A stretch of 64,000 bases of DNA, from positions 32,001 through 96,000 of the IMG/VR virus record IMGVR_UViG_3300012933_000155; one strand, written 5' to 3'. This document shows positions 46,997-56,484 of the stretch, in pieces. Under the pieces are notes generated by a model. The model worked only from the letters and a program-made list of their open reading frames with translations, did no database searches and had not been told where the DNA came from. The stretch comes from a virus. Numbering within the stretch: the first letter of the stretch is position 1; every line of letters starts with the position of its first letter. Both the position numbers and the translations under genes were made by a program.

Positions 46997-48010
46997 ATGG
47001 CATCATTAGCAGAAATCCGCGCTCGTCTACAAGCGCAAGAAAACAAAGGTCAAAAGGGCTCTAACGCTCAACAAGACAACTCTATCTACCCCCACTGGAA
47101 TATTGACGAAGGCACAACAGCCACAGTTCGTTTCTTGCCTGACGGTGATACAAGTAACCAGTTCTTCTGGGTAGAAAAGAACATCATCAAATTGCCATTC
47201 AACGGCGTCAAAGGTGATAGCAACGTTAAACAAGTTATCGTTCAAGTTCCTTGTAACGATATGTACGTGCCTAACTCTTGCCCAGTCTTGGCAGAAGTTC
47301 GTCCTTGGTACAAAGACGAGTCATTGAAAGAAATGGCAAACAAGTACTGGAAGAAGCGTTCATACATCTTCCAAGGTTTTGTTCGTCAAAACCCACTAGG
47401 TGATGACAAAGTCCCAGCGAACCCAATTCGCCGCTTTGCTATCACATCACAAATCTTCCCAATCATCAAAGGTGGTATCATGGATCCTGAAATCCTTGAG
47501 TTGCCAACTGATTACATGCGCGGTCTAGATTTCAACATTAAGAAAACTTCTAAAGGTGGTTATGCTGACTACTCTACAAGTTCATGGGCACGCCGTGAAT
47601 CTTCTTTGACAGAAGCAGAGTTGGAAGCAATCAACTCACATGGTTTGTTTAACTTGAAAGACTTCTTGCCAAAGCAACCAACAGAAGCAGAATTGAAAAT
47701 CATCAAAGAGATGTTTGAAGCATCTGTAGATGGTGAAGCGTATGACCCAGAACGTTGGGGTCAGTACTACAAGCCTTATGGTTTGGATATTCCTCAAGCA
47801 GGTTCAACAGCGGCTCAACAATCAGCGCCAGCACGTACAGAGGCAAGCGCACCCGCGACAGCACCCGTAGCAGAAGCGAAAAGTCCTGAACCTTGGGAAG
47901 CAGACGCAGCCGAAGCAGCAACAGCTCCAATTCAAGTCCCTACTTCTGCTCCAGGCAGTGACAAAGCACAAGACATCCTAGCGATGATTCGTGCTCGTCA
48001 ACAAAAGTGA
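46997..48010 (+). CDS. Single-stranded DNA-binding protein (T4 gp32-like)
   Basis: ATVRFLPD, CPVL, YWKKRSYIFQG, KGGYADYSTS; low-complexity C-terminal tail. Confidence 0.85.
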   Translation: MASLAEIRARLQAQENKGQKGSNAQQDNSIYPHWNIDEGTTATVRFLPDGDTSNQFFWVEKNIIKLPFNGVKGDSNVKQVIVQVPCNDMYVPNSCPVLAEVRPWYKDESLKEMANKYWKKRSYIFQGFVRQNPLGDDKVPANPIRRFAITSQIFPIIKGGIMDPEILELPTDYMRGLDFNIKKTSKGGYADYSTSSWARRESSLTEAELEAINSHGLFNLKDFLPKQPTEAELKIIKEMFEASVDGEAYDPERWGQYYKPYGLDIPQAGSTAAQQSAPARTEASAPATAPVAEAKSPEPWEADAAEAATAPIQVPTSAPGSDKAQDILAMIRARQQK

Positions 48011-48049
48011 TAGGTGATGGGGACTTCGGTCCCCTTTAAGGAGCACATT

Positions 48050-48304
48050 ATGACACTACCAGACGAAAGATACCGTAGCCTAAAGCAAGGTAGAAAACTC
48101 TTGGAAGAACTATGTGACCCTGGTAAAACACCTAGGGTCCCGAGCATAGTTCGTGACCGAGCAAGAGGAGCATTGCGCCATTACCCAAGTGATTATGAAC
48201 TTGATACAATGGCTCAACAATGCCCCGAACTATTAGACAAAGAACCATTTAGCGTTCACAAAATAAATCAAAGAATTGGAGAACAAATTGGCAAAACCAT
48301 TTGA
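48050..48304 (+). CDS. Hypothetical protein (MTLPDERYRS...LRHYP)
   Basis: AAGGAG SD before ATG 48050. Confidence 0.75.
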   Translation: MTLPDERYRSLKQGRKLLEELCDPGKTPRVPSIVRDRARGALRHYPSDYELDTMAQQCPELLDKEPFSVHKINQRIGEQIGKTI

Positions 48305-49361
48305 CGTAAGCAAATTTCGAAAAGAAATTACAAAAAGCATTGAAGGATTAAGCATTGGATTTAACGACCCTACTGATTGGATTAGTACAGGTAATTATGC
48401 ACTTAACTATCTTATCAGCGGTGACTTTAATAAAGGTGTACCTCTTGGTAAAGTTACTGTGTTTGCTGGAGAAAGCGGCGCAGGCAAGAGTTACATTTGT
48501 TCAGGCAACCTTGTTAAACACGCACAAGAACAAGGGATATTCGTTGTCCTCATCGACTCGGAAAACGCACTTGACGAAGATTGGCTTCATAACTTGGGTG
48601 TTGACACTGATGAATCCAAGCTACTAAAATTAAACATGGCTATGATTGACGAAGTGGGTAAAACTATTTCTATGTTCGTCAAAGACTACAAACAATTACC
48701 AGAAGCAGACCGACCAAAAGTATTGTTCGTTGTCGATTCATTGGGTATGTTGTTGACACCAACTGACGTTAATCAGTTTGAAGCAGGTGATATGAAGGGT
48801 GACATGGGTCGTAAGCCTAAAGCACTAACAGCACTTGTTCGTAACTGTGTTAACATGTTTGGTTCGCTTGGCATCGGCTTAGTTGCAACTAACCACACAT
48901 ACGCATCACAAGACATGTTTGACCCAGATGACAAAATCTCTGGTGGACAAGGTTTCGTTTATGCGTCATCTATCGTTGTTGCGATGAAGAAGATGAAGTT
49001 GAAAGAAGACGAAGACGGTAACAAAGTTTCAGAAGTAAATGGTATTCGTGCTGGATGTAAGATTATGAAAACTCGCTATGCAAAACCTTTCGAGGGTGTG
49101 CAAGTGAAGATTCCTTACAAGACAGGTATGAGCCCATACTCTGGCTTAGTTGACATGGCTGAAAAAGCAGAGTTGCTGAAAAAAGAAGGCAACTCATTAG
49201 TCTACGTCACTATGGATGGTGAAATCATCAAGAAATTCCGTAAAGCATGGGAAGCAAACACCGATGAATGCTTGGACAAGTTGATGGCAGACTATCCATT
49301 GAGAACAGCTAAAGCAGAGATAAGTAATGTAGAACCAGAAGAAGGAGATTCTACAGAATGA
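48288..49361 (+). CDS. uvsX: RecA-like recombinase UvsX
   Basis: AGESGAGKS, LIDSENA, VVDSLGML, GDMGRKPK, SGGQGF; TTG start after GGAG. Confidence 0.95.
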   Translation: MAKPFDVSKFRKEITKSIEGLSIGFNDPTDWISTGNYALNYLISGDFNKGVPLGKVTVFAGESGAGKSYICSGNLVKHAQEQGIFVVLIDSENALDEDWLHNLGVDTDESKLLKLNMAMIDEVGKTISMFVKDYKQLPEADRPKVLFVVDSLGMLLTPTDVNQFEAGDMKGDMGRKPKALTALVRNCVNMFGSLGIGLVATNHTYASQDMFDPDDKISGGQGFVYASSIVVAMKKMKLKEDEDGNKVSEVNGIRAGCKIMKTRYAKPFEGVQVKIPYKTGMSPYSGLVDMAEKAELLKKEGNSLVYVTMDGEIIKKFRKAWEANTDECLDKLMADYPLRTAKAEISNVEPEEGDSTE

Positions 49362-49606
49362 GTTTAAGCATCGTATCAGAAGTTTGGGAAGCATTGCGTG
49401 AGCACATTGATTTCAATGACCGCTCAGAAGCAGCCGACACATTAGTAAATTATTTGATGGACAACAACTATGAAGTTGATGATATCAAAGATGAATTCAA
49501 AGACAAAGATATCACTAAGGCTTTGAAGGGTTATGCAGAGCAACACTTCCAAGAAGAAGACTACGAAGAATACGAAGAAGACCAAGACGAAGACGATTGG
49601 AACTAA
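49358..49606 (+). CDS. Acidic hypothetical protein
   Basis: ORF between uvsX and uvsY. Confidence 0.75.
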   Translation: MSLSIVSEVWEALREHIDFNDRSEAADTLVNYLMDNNYEVDDIKDEFKDKDITKALKGYAEQHFQEEDYEEYEEDQDEDDWN

Positions 49607-50068
49607 ATGTCAGGCAATTGGCTAACAAAGGTTAGTGCAGATATTTCAAAGCTGCCAGATTTCATTACATATTTTGAGAATGAACTGGCAGCGGCGAAGC
49701 ATGATGTGAAGGTCTATGGCAACTTAGAAAAGAACATTGCTGCATTACCCGGTATCACCGAGCATCGCTTCCACCAGCTTCAAGAAGTTGAGGCTGTTCT
49801 GAATCACTTGAACATTCAATTACGTAAGATTCGTAGAAAGCATTTCCAAAAGTATCTGGAAGCGTACAATCGGGCACTCACATCACGTGATGCTGAAAAG
49901 TACACTGACGGTGAACAGGAAGTAATTGACTATGAAACCCTAATCAACGAAGTCGCATTAATGCGAAACAAATGGTTAGGTGTCATGAAAGGGCTCGATG
50001 CCAAACAATGGCAAATGGGTCACATAGTTCGATTACGGACAAGTGGAATGGAAGATATTACCCTTTAA
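49607..50068 (+). CDS. uvsY: Recombination mediator UvsY-like
   Basis: Helical; YLEAYNRALTSRDAEKYTDGE...KGLDAKQWQMGHIVRLR; synteny with uvsX. Confidence 0.75.
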   Translation: MSGNWLTKVSADISKLPDFITYFENELAAAKHDVKVYGNLEKNIAALPGITEHRFHQLQEVEAVLNHLNIQLRKIRRKHFQKYLEAYNRALTSRDAEKYTDGEQEVIDYETLINEVALMRNKWLGVMKGLDAKQWQMGHIVRLRTSGMEDITL

Positions 50069-50073
50069 CAGAG

Positions 50074-50110
50074 ACCTCGTATTGCAAAGATACGAGGTTT
50101 TTTGTATAAT
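50074..50110 (+). promoter_or_regulatory. Terminator hairpin overlapping a sigma70 promoter
   Basis: acctcgtat/atacgaggt followed by T-run; TTGCAA (50082)-17nt-TATAAT. Confidence 0.7.
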
Positions 50111-50115
50111 AGAAC

Positions 50116-50964
50116 ATGTCACAATCTCAATACAAAGGTAAAGGCTTTGTTCAACTTACTGGAAAATCTACTATGACACAAATTAACGCAAACCCTCTTC
50201 GTCCCTTTAGCAGTATCTCAGGATCTTCGGGACTATTTAACTCACCATTTGCAAACATAGCATTGAATGGTATAGATTTTGAAAAGACTAAACAATCACC
50301 GTCCATCACTAAAACAGAGGTATTCGAGAGCCCAGAAGATATTCTAACATTGAGTTGCACACTACAACGGTTACGTGCTACTGGCGAGTTTGGCAATCGT
50401 GTATTAGATGATGCGGTGATGCGTAAAGTATCAACTGAAGACCGAACAAAGTCGGCAGCACTTAGAGATTACTACAGCAAGAAAATTATGATGGGTAATC
50501 TAACTGACAAACTGTTCAAGTCTAATTTCAGACGAGACTTGTCTACGTTCATCATGGCAGATGGACACCGATTCAAAACTAATGACATTGGTATGGCATG
50601 TTATTTGCCTGATTTCTACGACTACGACACACAGATTGATTCAATCAAGTTGCAAGTAGAAACTTCCCTCAATGTACCATCTAGTTCACCTACTGTAATG
50701 AAGCTAGATGAAGTCAAATTAACTCCGTTGAGTAAAATTTCAAAGAAGACAAAAAATCGCAAACAACTTGAATACTGGTTCAAAGATGACAAAGTGAATG
50801 CCGCTGTTGTGTTGACACTAGACCCTAAGAATCAACTAATCAAAGTTTGGGATAGTATTTTCAACGGTTCTACTACCCTACCAATGAGCGGATATTTTCA
50901 CAGAACTTCACTAGACGGATTTGAATACTTTAGAGTTACAAATTGGGATTTAATTAAGGCTTGA
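50116..50964 (+). CDS. Hypothetical protein
   Basis: 282 aa ORF; N-terminal YKGKGFVQLTGK. Confidence 0.75.
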   Translation: MSQSQYKGKGFVQLTGKSTMTQINANPLRPFSSISGSSGLFNSPFANIALNGIDFEKTKQSPSITKTEVFESPEDILTLSCTLQRLRATGEFGNRVLDDAVMRKVSTEDRTKSAALRDYYSKKIMMGNLTDKLFKSNFRRDLSTFIMADGHRFKTNDIGMACYLPDFYDYDTQIDSIKLQVETSLNVPSSSPTVMKLDEVKLTPLSKISKKTKNRKQLEYWFKDDKVNAAVVLTLDPKNQLIKVWDSIFNGSTTLPMSGYFHRTSLDGFEYFRVTNWDLIKA

Positions 50965-50989
50965 CAATAAATCATTTTGGGCATATAAT
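50961..50989 (+). promoter_or_regulatory. Sigma70-type early promoter
   Basis: TTGACA-17nt-TATAAT. Confidence 0.9.
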
Positions 50990-51019
50990 AGATACTTAGA
51001 TTGATTAAAGGAGTCTTGT

Positions 51020-51349
51020 ATGCTTGAAACTGAAACAAAACACAAATCAGCTGGTCAATTTGCTTGGTTCGCCGAGCGTGACGCACGACTCCGTAGTGCA
51101 GTCAATAGTACTAACTATTCTGACAGTCAAAAAATCAAAGCCGAGCGTATGAAATTGGCGCTGGAGATGTGCGTGTTTGCTGAGAACATTTACATCGAAT
51201 ACCGCAAAAAGTTCATTAGTGTTAAAGTTAACAAGCCTGCTCACGTTGACAAAAAGACCCTCGGCTTGCTCGAAGGTGATTGGACAACAGAAGGTCACAC
51301 AAAAGTATTAACTTCTCAGGGTTTCACCTATCGCTTATTTGCTCACTAA
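51020..51349 (+). CDS. Hypothetical early protein
   Basis: AAGGAG SD. Confidence 0.75.
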   Translation: MLETETKHKSAGQFAWFAERDARLRSAVNSTNYSDSQKIKAERMKLALEMCVFAENIYIEYRKKFISVKVNKPAHVDKKTLGLLEGDWTTEGHTKVLTSQGFTYRLFAH

Positions 51350-51354
51350 AAGGC

Positions 51355-51383
51355 TTGACAAATAATCATTTCGGGTATATAAT
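51355..51383 (+). promoter_or_regulatory. Sigma70-type early promoter
   Basis: TTGACA-17nt-TATAAT. Confidence 0.9.
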
Positions 51384-51416
51384 AACATCTTTAAGTCACA
51401 AAGTACAGGAATCTAC

Positions 51417-52424
51417 ATGACAAGCACAGTTCGCATCACTTCAGGCACGTATCGCAACGCATCAGTTAACGGTCAAGTGTTTACACTTGTCAAAGGTTAT
51501 CAGCTAGGTGCTAAAGGTGGTTTCGTAACAGTTCGTAATGAGGGTCAGTTCCCGGGTCGTAGTGCTGAATTGCGTATCAACGTAGACAATCACGAATGCT
51601 TGCAATTCGTGTCAGGTGACACACTGGTGATTGAAGAAAAAGTAACTGAGACTGAGACAGAAGCAATGGATCGTATTGCCTCACGTTTCGCAGTGCTTGA
51701 TGAAATGTCTCGTGCCTGTATCGCAGGTGATATTCGTGCTATGATTGTGACAGGTCCTGCAGGTATCGGTAAGTCACACGGTGTTATCACACAGATGGAA
51801 AAAGCATCTATGTTTGACAAAATCTCAGGCAAGCGTCCTCGCTTTGAGATTGTCAAAGGTGCAATGTCAGGCATCGGCTTGTTCGCAAAACTCTACAAAT
51901 TCTCTGACAAGAAAAACGTTCTCGTGTTTGACGACTGTGACATTTGGGATGACCAAGATGCAGTTAACGTGCTGAAAGGTGCCCTCGATTCAGGTAAGAC
52001 TCGCCGTATCTCTTGGAACAAAGATAGTCGTTTGTTGCGTGACGAGGGTGTGCCAAACACTTTCAACTTTGAAGGTTCAATCATCTTCATTACTAACAAA
52101 ACTTTCGATAGCAAAAAAGCAAGCAAGATGACACCTCACTTGGATGCTTTGCAAAGTCGTAGTCACTTCTTGGACCTGACTGTTGATACTGAGCGTGACA
52201 AAATGTTGCGTATCAAGCAGGTGCATCGTGACGCTGACGGTGGCTTGTTTGCTGACTATGACTTTACTCAGGAACAAACTGACGAGGTGATGAACTTTAT
52301 CGAAGCTAATCATTCTAAATTGCGTGAAGTGTCATTGCGTATGTGTTTGAAGATTGCTGACCTCGTTAAGATTTCTGGCAACTGGCGTGAACTTGCTAAA
52401 GCAACTTGCATGAAAGGTGCATAA
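51417..52424 (+). CDS. AAA-family P-loop ATPase
   Basis: GPAGIGKS, VLVFDDCD, FITN, ALQSR. Confidence 0.88.
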   Translation: MTSTVRITSGTYRNASVNGQVFTLVKGYQLGAKGGFVTVRNEGQFPGRSAELRINVDNHECLQFVSGDTLVIEEKVTETETEAMDRIASRFAVLDEMSRACIAGDIRAMIVTGPAGIGKSHGVITQMEKASMFDKISGKRPRFEIVKGAMSGIGLFAKLYKFSDKKNVLVFDDCDIWDDQDAVNVLKGALDSGKTRRISWNKDSRLLRDEGVPNTFNFEGSIIFITNKTFDSKKASKMTPHLDALQSRSHFLDLTVDTERDKMLRIKQVHRDADGGLFADYDFTQEQTDEVMNFIEANHSKLREVSLRMCLKIADLVKISGNWRELAKATCMKGA

Positions 52425-52594
52425 TGGAATACGTTCTTGTTGCATTGATGTTAACATCTCCGGGTGTTTACACTTTTGAATCTGTAGCTGATTTTAAGAC
52501 TATGGATGAATGTCAAAAATCTTTAGAACGTGCTAACAAAAATGGCACGACTAAGATTGTAAGTTTGCTGTGTGCGAAAAAGGATAAAGTATGA
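52424..52594 (+). CDS. Small hypothetical protein
   Basis: TAATG coupling; FKTMDEC...C. Confidence 0.6.
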   Translation: MEYVLVALMLTSPGVYTFESVADFKTMDECQKSLERANKNGTTKIVSLLCAKKDKV

Positions 52595-52800
52595 AAGAAT
52601 CAGAATTGATTCGTAGCTTTCAAAGTTGGGAGCGACAACTAGGTAACTATGGATACAAGATAAGTGTCCTCACGAATGGTCTTTACATTCATAACAGTAA
52701 AGGCACTATCGTTGCTGATTGTCAGTCAGTAGACGGCTTGCGTGGATTCGCACAAGCAGTAGAATACTTTGACCCGAACGCAGGAATTGAAACAAAATGA
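52591..52800 (+). CDS. Small hypothetical protein
   Basis: ATGA overlaps at both ends. Confidence 0.65.
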   Translation: MKESELIRSFQSWERQLGNYGYKISVLTNGLYIHNSKGTIVADCQSVDGLRGFAQAVEYFDPNAGIETK

Positions 52801-53135
52801 ATATCAAAATGTATCTAGCATTTTTCAAATGGTGCTTTATGCGAATCTTCGGTGGTTGTTTCAACCTAGCTGAAAATTTCAGATATGAATTGAAGAAAGG
52901 TGCTCCTGATTCTATCTTTGCTATCTGCGGGTTTCTTATTCTCTCATTGATTACCTTGCTAGTGACACTATTATTATCTGCTTGGTTAATCGAAAGTAAA
53001 GAGACAGTCCAACTTATCGGAGCATCCGGTTTCTGGCTTGCAGTGTTTACCTTCTTTTACAACATTGTCAAGGCAGCGTTTGAATGTTTCTTGGTTGAGC
53101 GTGAACACATCTTTAACAAATTGCGTGATGAATGA
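52797..53135 (+). CDS. Membrane protein (2 TM)
   Basis: Two hydrophobic segments. Confidence 0.7.
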   Translation: MNIKMYLAFFKWCFMRIFGGCFNLAENFRYELKKGAPDSIFAICGFLILSLITLLVTLLLSAWLIESKETVQLIGASGFWLAVFTFFYNIVKAAFECFLVEREHIFNKLRDE

Positions 53136-53349
53136 GCATAAAAATACAATTCGTGCGTTGAAGGATGAGGAGCTTCTAGTGTCCAGTTGGTGGTGTCGAA
53201 TCGGCATTCATAACTGGACTCGCTGGCAGGATGCTGAACTGGGTAGCCACACTCCGTGGCACAGTACGTTCAGTAAAAGAGCGCGGTATCGTCAACGGTA
53301 CTGCTGTCATTGTAACCATGTGAACCGAACGGTTTTGTTGTTAGAGTAA
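53128..53349 (+). CDS. Small Cys/His protein (CRIGIHNW...CCHC), paralog of 63769..63984
   Basis: Shared CxxxxHxW...CxxC pattern. Confidence 0.6.
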   Translation: MNEHKNTIRALKDEELLVSSWWCRIGIHNWTRWQDAELGSHTPWHSTFSKRARYRQRYCCHCNHVNRTVLLLE

Positions 53350-53350
53350 C

Positions 53351-53377
53351 AAAAGGGGACTTAGGTCCCCTTATTTT
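53351..53377 (+). terminator. Rho-independent terminator
   Basis: aaggggac-ttag-gtcccctt. Confidence 0.75.
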
Positions 53378-53387
53378 GCCTATAGTG

Positions 53388-53416
53388 TTGACTTCCATCT
53401 AGTAATACTTTATAAT
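53388..53416 (+). promoter_or_regulatory. Sigma70-type promoter
   Basis: TTGACT-17nt-TATAAT. Confidence 0.8.
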
Positions 53417-53422
53417 TGCTGA

Positions 53423-54487
53423 ATGAAAATAACGCCTACGACAAAGGAACAGTTAGTCTATTACATGTTGCAAAATATTAGTTTAGGAACCTACGATAAT
53501 AAGTTCCTCACTAACCTGCAAGAAAATCTAGTGTCACGTAAAAACCCAGTGACTAGTAATCAGGCTGACTTGCTAACCAAAATTACACTACGTTATTTCA
53601 AGCAGTTCAAAAAGCATGAGATTGACGTAAATGAAATGGCTATGCTCCCATGGTCAACTCAACCAATATTGAGTTCACCCCAATACACTAGTGCCTTTTG
53701 TGTAGTGGAAGATGATGTACTGAAGATTAGAAGTCCGTACAATACTGAGTTTATCAGTGAAATCAGAAAAATGCCAGTAACAGCAGATTGGGACAAAGAC
53801 ACAAAAACATGGTCTATGCCTTACTGCGAAGTTACTGCAAAACATGCAATAGAGTGTATAACAAAAAACTATGAAGTAATTAACTTCTGCCCAGTATTAA
53901 CAGAGGTCATAGATACTTTCGCTAAATATGAGACTGCACAACACTGGGATCCAATTTACTTGAAAGTAAACGGCAACTATATGATTGCTTGTATTACTAA
54001 GCAGATACACGAAATTGTAAGTAATGTCACGCTAGATGCAAGTCCTGCAACACTAGCGTTACTCACTTCACTGGGTATTAATATTTCAAATGAAGTAGTA
54101 CTAGACGCATGTGCTACACTGGACAATACGTTATCAGGACACAAACTCATCGATTTTGCTACATCAATGTCATCTACTATCATTGATGAGAATTGTATGG
54201 ATGAGTTAGCATTGTACTTGAAAGAAATTAAATCAGATTTTGTTCTAATCGTTGACACATACAAAGAAAAGAACAGAGTACATACGAAAAAGTTGCATGA
54301 CCTTTTGACCGGCATGAACGTAAACACACATCTTGTTACCAGACAAGATAAAGCAGAGCTAGACTTCTCATCTTACAATTTGCCAGTGATTGTTAATTCA
54401 TCATTGTGGGGTGTAGGAAGTTTTTCTAAGATTGCAAAATGCAAGACTGTATTCTTAGGCAACAATAAACCGATTGAGATTAAATGA
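53423..54487 (+). CDS. Hypothetical protein with HARP-like segment, upstream of helicase
   Basis: IRSPYNTEFISEIRKMP...WDKDTKTW. Confidence 0.6.
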   Translation: MKITPTTKEQLVYYMLQNISLGTYDNKFLTNLQENLVSRKNPVTSNQADLLTKITLRYFKQFKKHEIDVNEMAMLPWSTQPILSSPQYTSAFCVVEDDVLKIRSPYNTEFISEIRKMPVTADWDKDTKTWSMPYCEVTAKHAIECITKNYEVINFCPVLTEVIDTFAKYETAQHWDPIYLKVNGNYMIACITKQIHEIVSNVTLDASPATLALLTSLGINISNEVVLDACATLDNTLSGHKLIDFATSMSSTIIDENCMDELALYLKEIKSDFVLIVDTYKEKNRVHTKKLHDLLTGMNVNTHLVTRQDKAELDFSSYNLPVIVNSSLWGVGSFSKIAKCKTVFLGNNKPIEIK

Positions 54488-55971
54488 AAGAATGTAAACT
54501 AATTATTAGAGATGAAGTCAACGTAAAAATTGAAGGTCTGGAGCTGGGAGACCGCAAAGCGTTGATGAAGAAGTTTGAGTATGAGAAGCCTGGTGCAAGA
54601 TATTTGCCGAGTGTCCGATTAGGTCGCTGGAACGGCAAGATTAGTTATTTCAGTCTAGGAGGTTCAACATACGTCAACTTGCTACCTGAGATTCTACCAA
54701 TCTTAGACCAAGCAGGATATGACATTGAACTAGAAGACTTGCGTGAGTATTCTACTACGTTTAACTTCACCGAATTCAAAGAAGATAGCTTTGCTGAACA
54801 TCTATGGCCTGCAAAGCATCCAATGGCAGGTCAGCCTGTTATGATTCGTGACTATCAACTTGATATTGTTAACAACTTCTTAAAGAACCCACAAGCATTA
54901 CAAGAAGTAGCGACAGGCGCAGGTAAGACAATTATGACTGCGGCTCTGAGTTATTCAGTACAAGCATACGGTCGTAGTATTGTTATCGTCCCTAACAAAG
55001 ACTTGGTTACACAGACCGAACGTGATTACATTAACGTAGGATTAGATGTTGGTGTGTACTTCGGTGACAGAAAAGACTTTGGTAAGACACATACGATTTG
55101 CACATGGCAAAGTCTTGGCAACATGTTGAAGAAAACAAAAGCAGACGAAGCAGAAGTTTCCATTCAAGACTTTATTGAGGGTGTAGTGTGCGTTATTGTT
55201 GACGAAGTTCACATGGCTAAAGCTGATGTGTTGAAAGAACTATTATCTACTGTAATGTCACACATCCCAATTCGCTGGGGATTGACTGGAACTATTCCCA
55301 AGTCTGATTTTGACTATAAAGCTATCATGGTTTCATTGGGTCCAGTCATCGGACGTTTGTCTGCAAAAGAATTGCAAGACAAAGGTGTGTTGGCACAGTG
55401 TCACGTGAACATCATTCAGTTACAAGATAAAGTTGAATTTAGTAACTATCAGTCTGAGTTGAAGTACCTACTTGAAGATGACAAACGGTTAACAACTATA
55501 TGCCAACTGATTGAGAAGATTAAAGAGACCGGCAACACGTTGATTCTAGTTGATAGAGTTGGCGCTGGTAAACAAATTCAAACCAGACTTAGTGAAGCAT
55601 TCACAAAAGCTAGGTTAGATTATGAGGTAAGTTTCGTATCGGGCGAGACAGGATTAGCAGAAAGGAAAGAACAGTATGATGAAGTGGCTACAGCTACTAA
55701 CAAAGTTATTGTGGCGACTTATGGTGTGGCCGCTGTGGGGATTAATATTCCTAGGATTTTTAATCTGGTTCTTATGGAACCCGGAAAGAGCTTTGTCCGA
55801 GTTATCCAGTCTATTGGACGCGGTATTAGAAAAGCAGAAGACAAAGACCACGTGCAAATCTGGGACATAACCAGCAGTTGCAAGTTCGCAAAAAGACACT
55901 TGACACAACGCAAGACCTTTTATAAGGATGCAAATTATCCATTCTCGATTGAGAAACTTGACTATAAATGA
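54484..55971 (+). CDS. uvsW: SF2 DNA helicase UvsW
   Basis: RDYQ, ATGAGKT, VDEVH, GLTGT, QSIGRGIR. Confidence 0.93.
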   Translation: MKECKLIIRDEVNVKIEGLELGDRKALMKKFEYEKPGARYLPSVRLGRWNGKISYFSLGGSTYVNLLPEILPILDQAGYDIELEDLREYSTTFNFTEFKEDSFAEHLWPAKHPMAGQPVMIRDYQLDIVNNFLKNPQALQEVATGAGKTIMTAALSYSVQAYGRSIVIVPNKDLVTQTERDYINVGLDVGVYFGDRKDFGKTHTICTWQSLGNMLKKTKADEAEVSIQDFIEGVVCVIVDEVHMAKADVLKELLSTVMSHIPIRWGLTGTIPKSDFDYKAIMVSLGPVIGRLSAKELQDKGVLAQCHVNIIQLQDKVEFSNYQSELKYLLEDDKRLTTICQLIEKIKETGNTLILVDRVGAGKQIQTRLSEAFTKARLDYEVSFVSGETGLAERKEQYDEVATATNKVIVATYGVAAVGINIPRIFNLVLMEPGKSFVRVIQSIGRGIRKAEDKDHVQIWDITSSCKFAKRHLTQRKTFYKDANYPFSIEKLDYK

Positions 55972-55977
55972 TATAAT
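55949..55977 (+). promoter_or_regulatory. Sigma70-type promoter
   Basis: TTGAGA-17nt-TATAAT; ATG 7 nt downstream. Confidence 0.65.
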
Positions 55978-55983
55978 AACACT

Positions 55984-56484
55984 ATGCGAATTTTAACATT
56001 AGACGATACCTATTACAACTTAGAAACACTACCCGAAGAAGTAGATGATTTGCGCTTTGCTATACTTGATAACTCAAACCCACAAAACGTAGACTATCAT
56101 TATATCCCACTTATCTTCTTAGAGAGTTTCAATTCACCTGCACTTGTTTTGCGAGTAGGTGACAAGACTATTAAGATGCCAGTAGATTGGCAAATCTTAA
56201 TCGGTGAACCTGAAATGGGTGACCTAGAAACATTGCCACTAACAAGTATCAATGACAGAGGATTCAAAGCATTTGAGTTTAACCCGCTCTCAGCATTTAG
56301 ACCTAGCTTTCAAGATATCGAGATTGTTGATATCTATCACGATGTAACTTGGTATGCACCTCGATTAAAGAATGGGCAGTTCTTATGCGTACCCATTGAT
56401 GATACTCCGAAACCTAGATGTATCTATTTTGTTAAAGACATTAGTAGAAATTGTGAAATCGTAGACTATCAACAGGCTTGGTAA
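55984..56484 (+). CDS. Hypothetical protein
   Basis: 166 aa ORF after uvsW. Confidence 0.75.
   Translation: MRILTLDDTYYNLETLPEEVDDLRFAILDNSNPQNVDYHYIPLIFLESFNSPALVLRVGDKTIKMPVDWQILIGEPEMGDLETLPLTSINDRGFKAFEFNPLSAFRPSFQDIEIVDIYHDVTWYAPRLKNGQFLCVPIDDTPKPRCIYFVKDISRNCEIVDYQQAW

Noticed and set aside
37696-55971. Introns or inteins in thyA, terminase, uvsX or uvsW
   Set aside because: Reading frames are continuous, of ordinary length, with motifs in normal spacing
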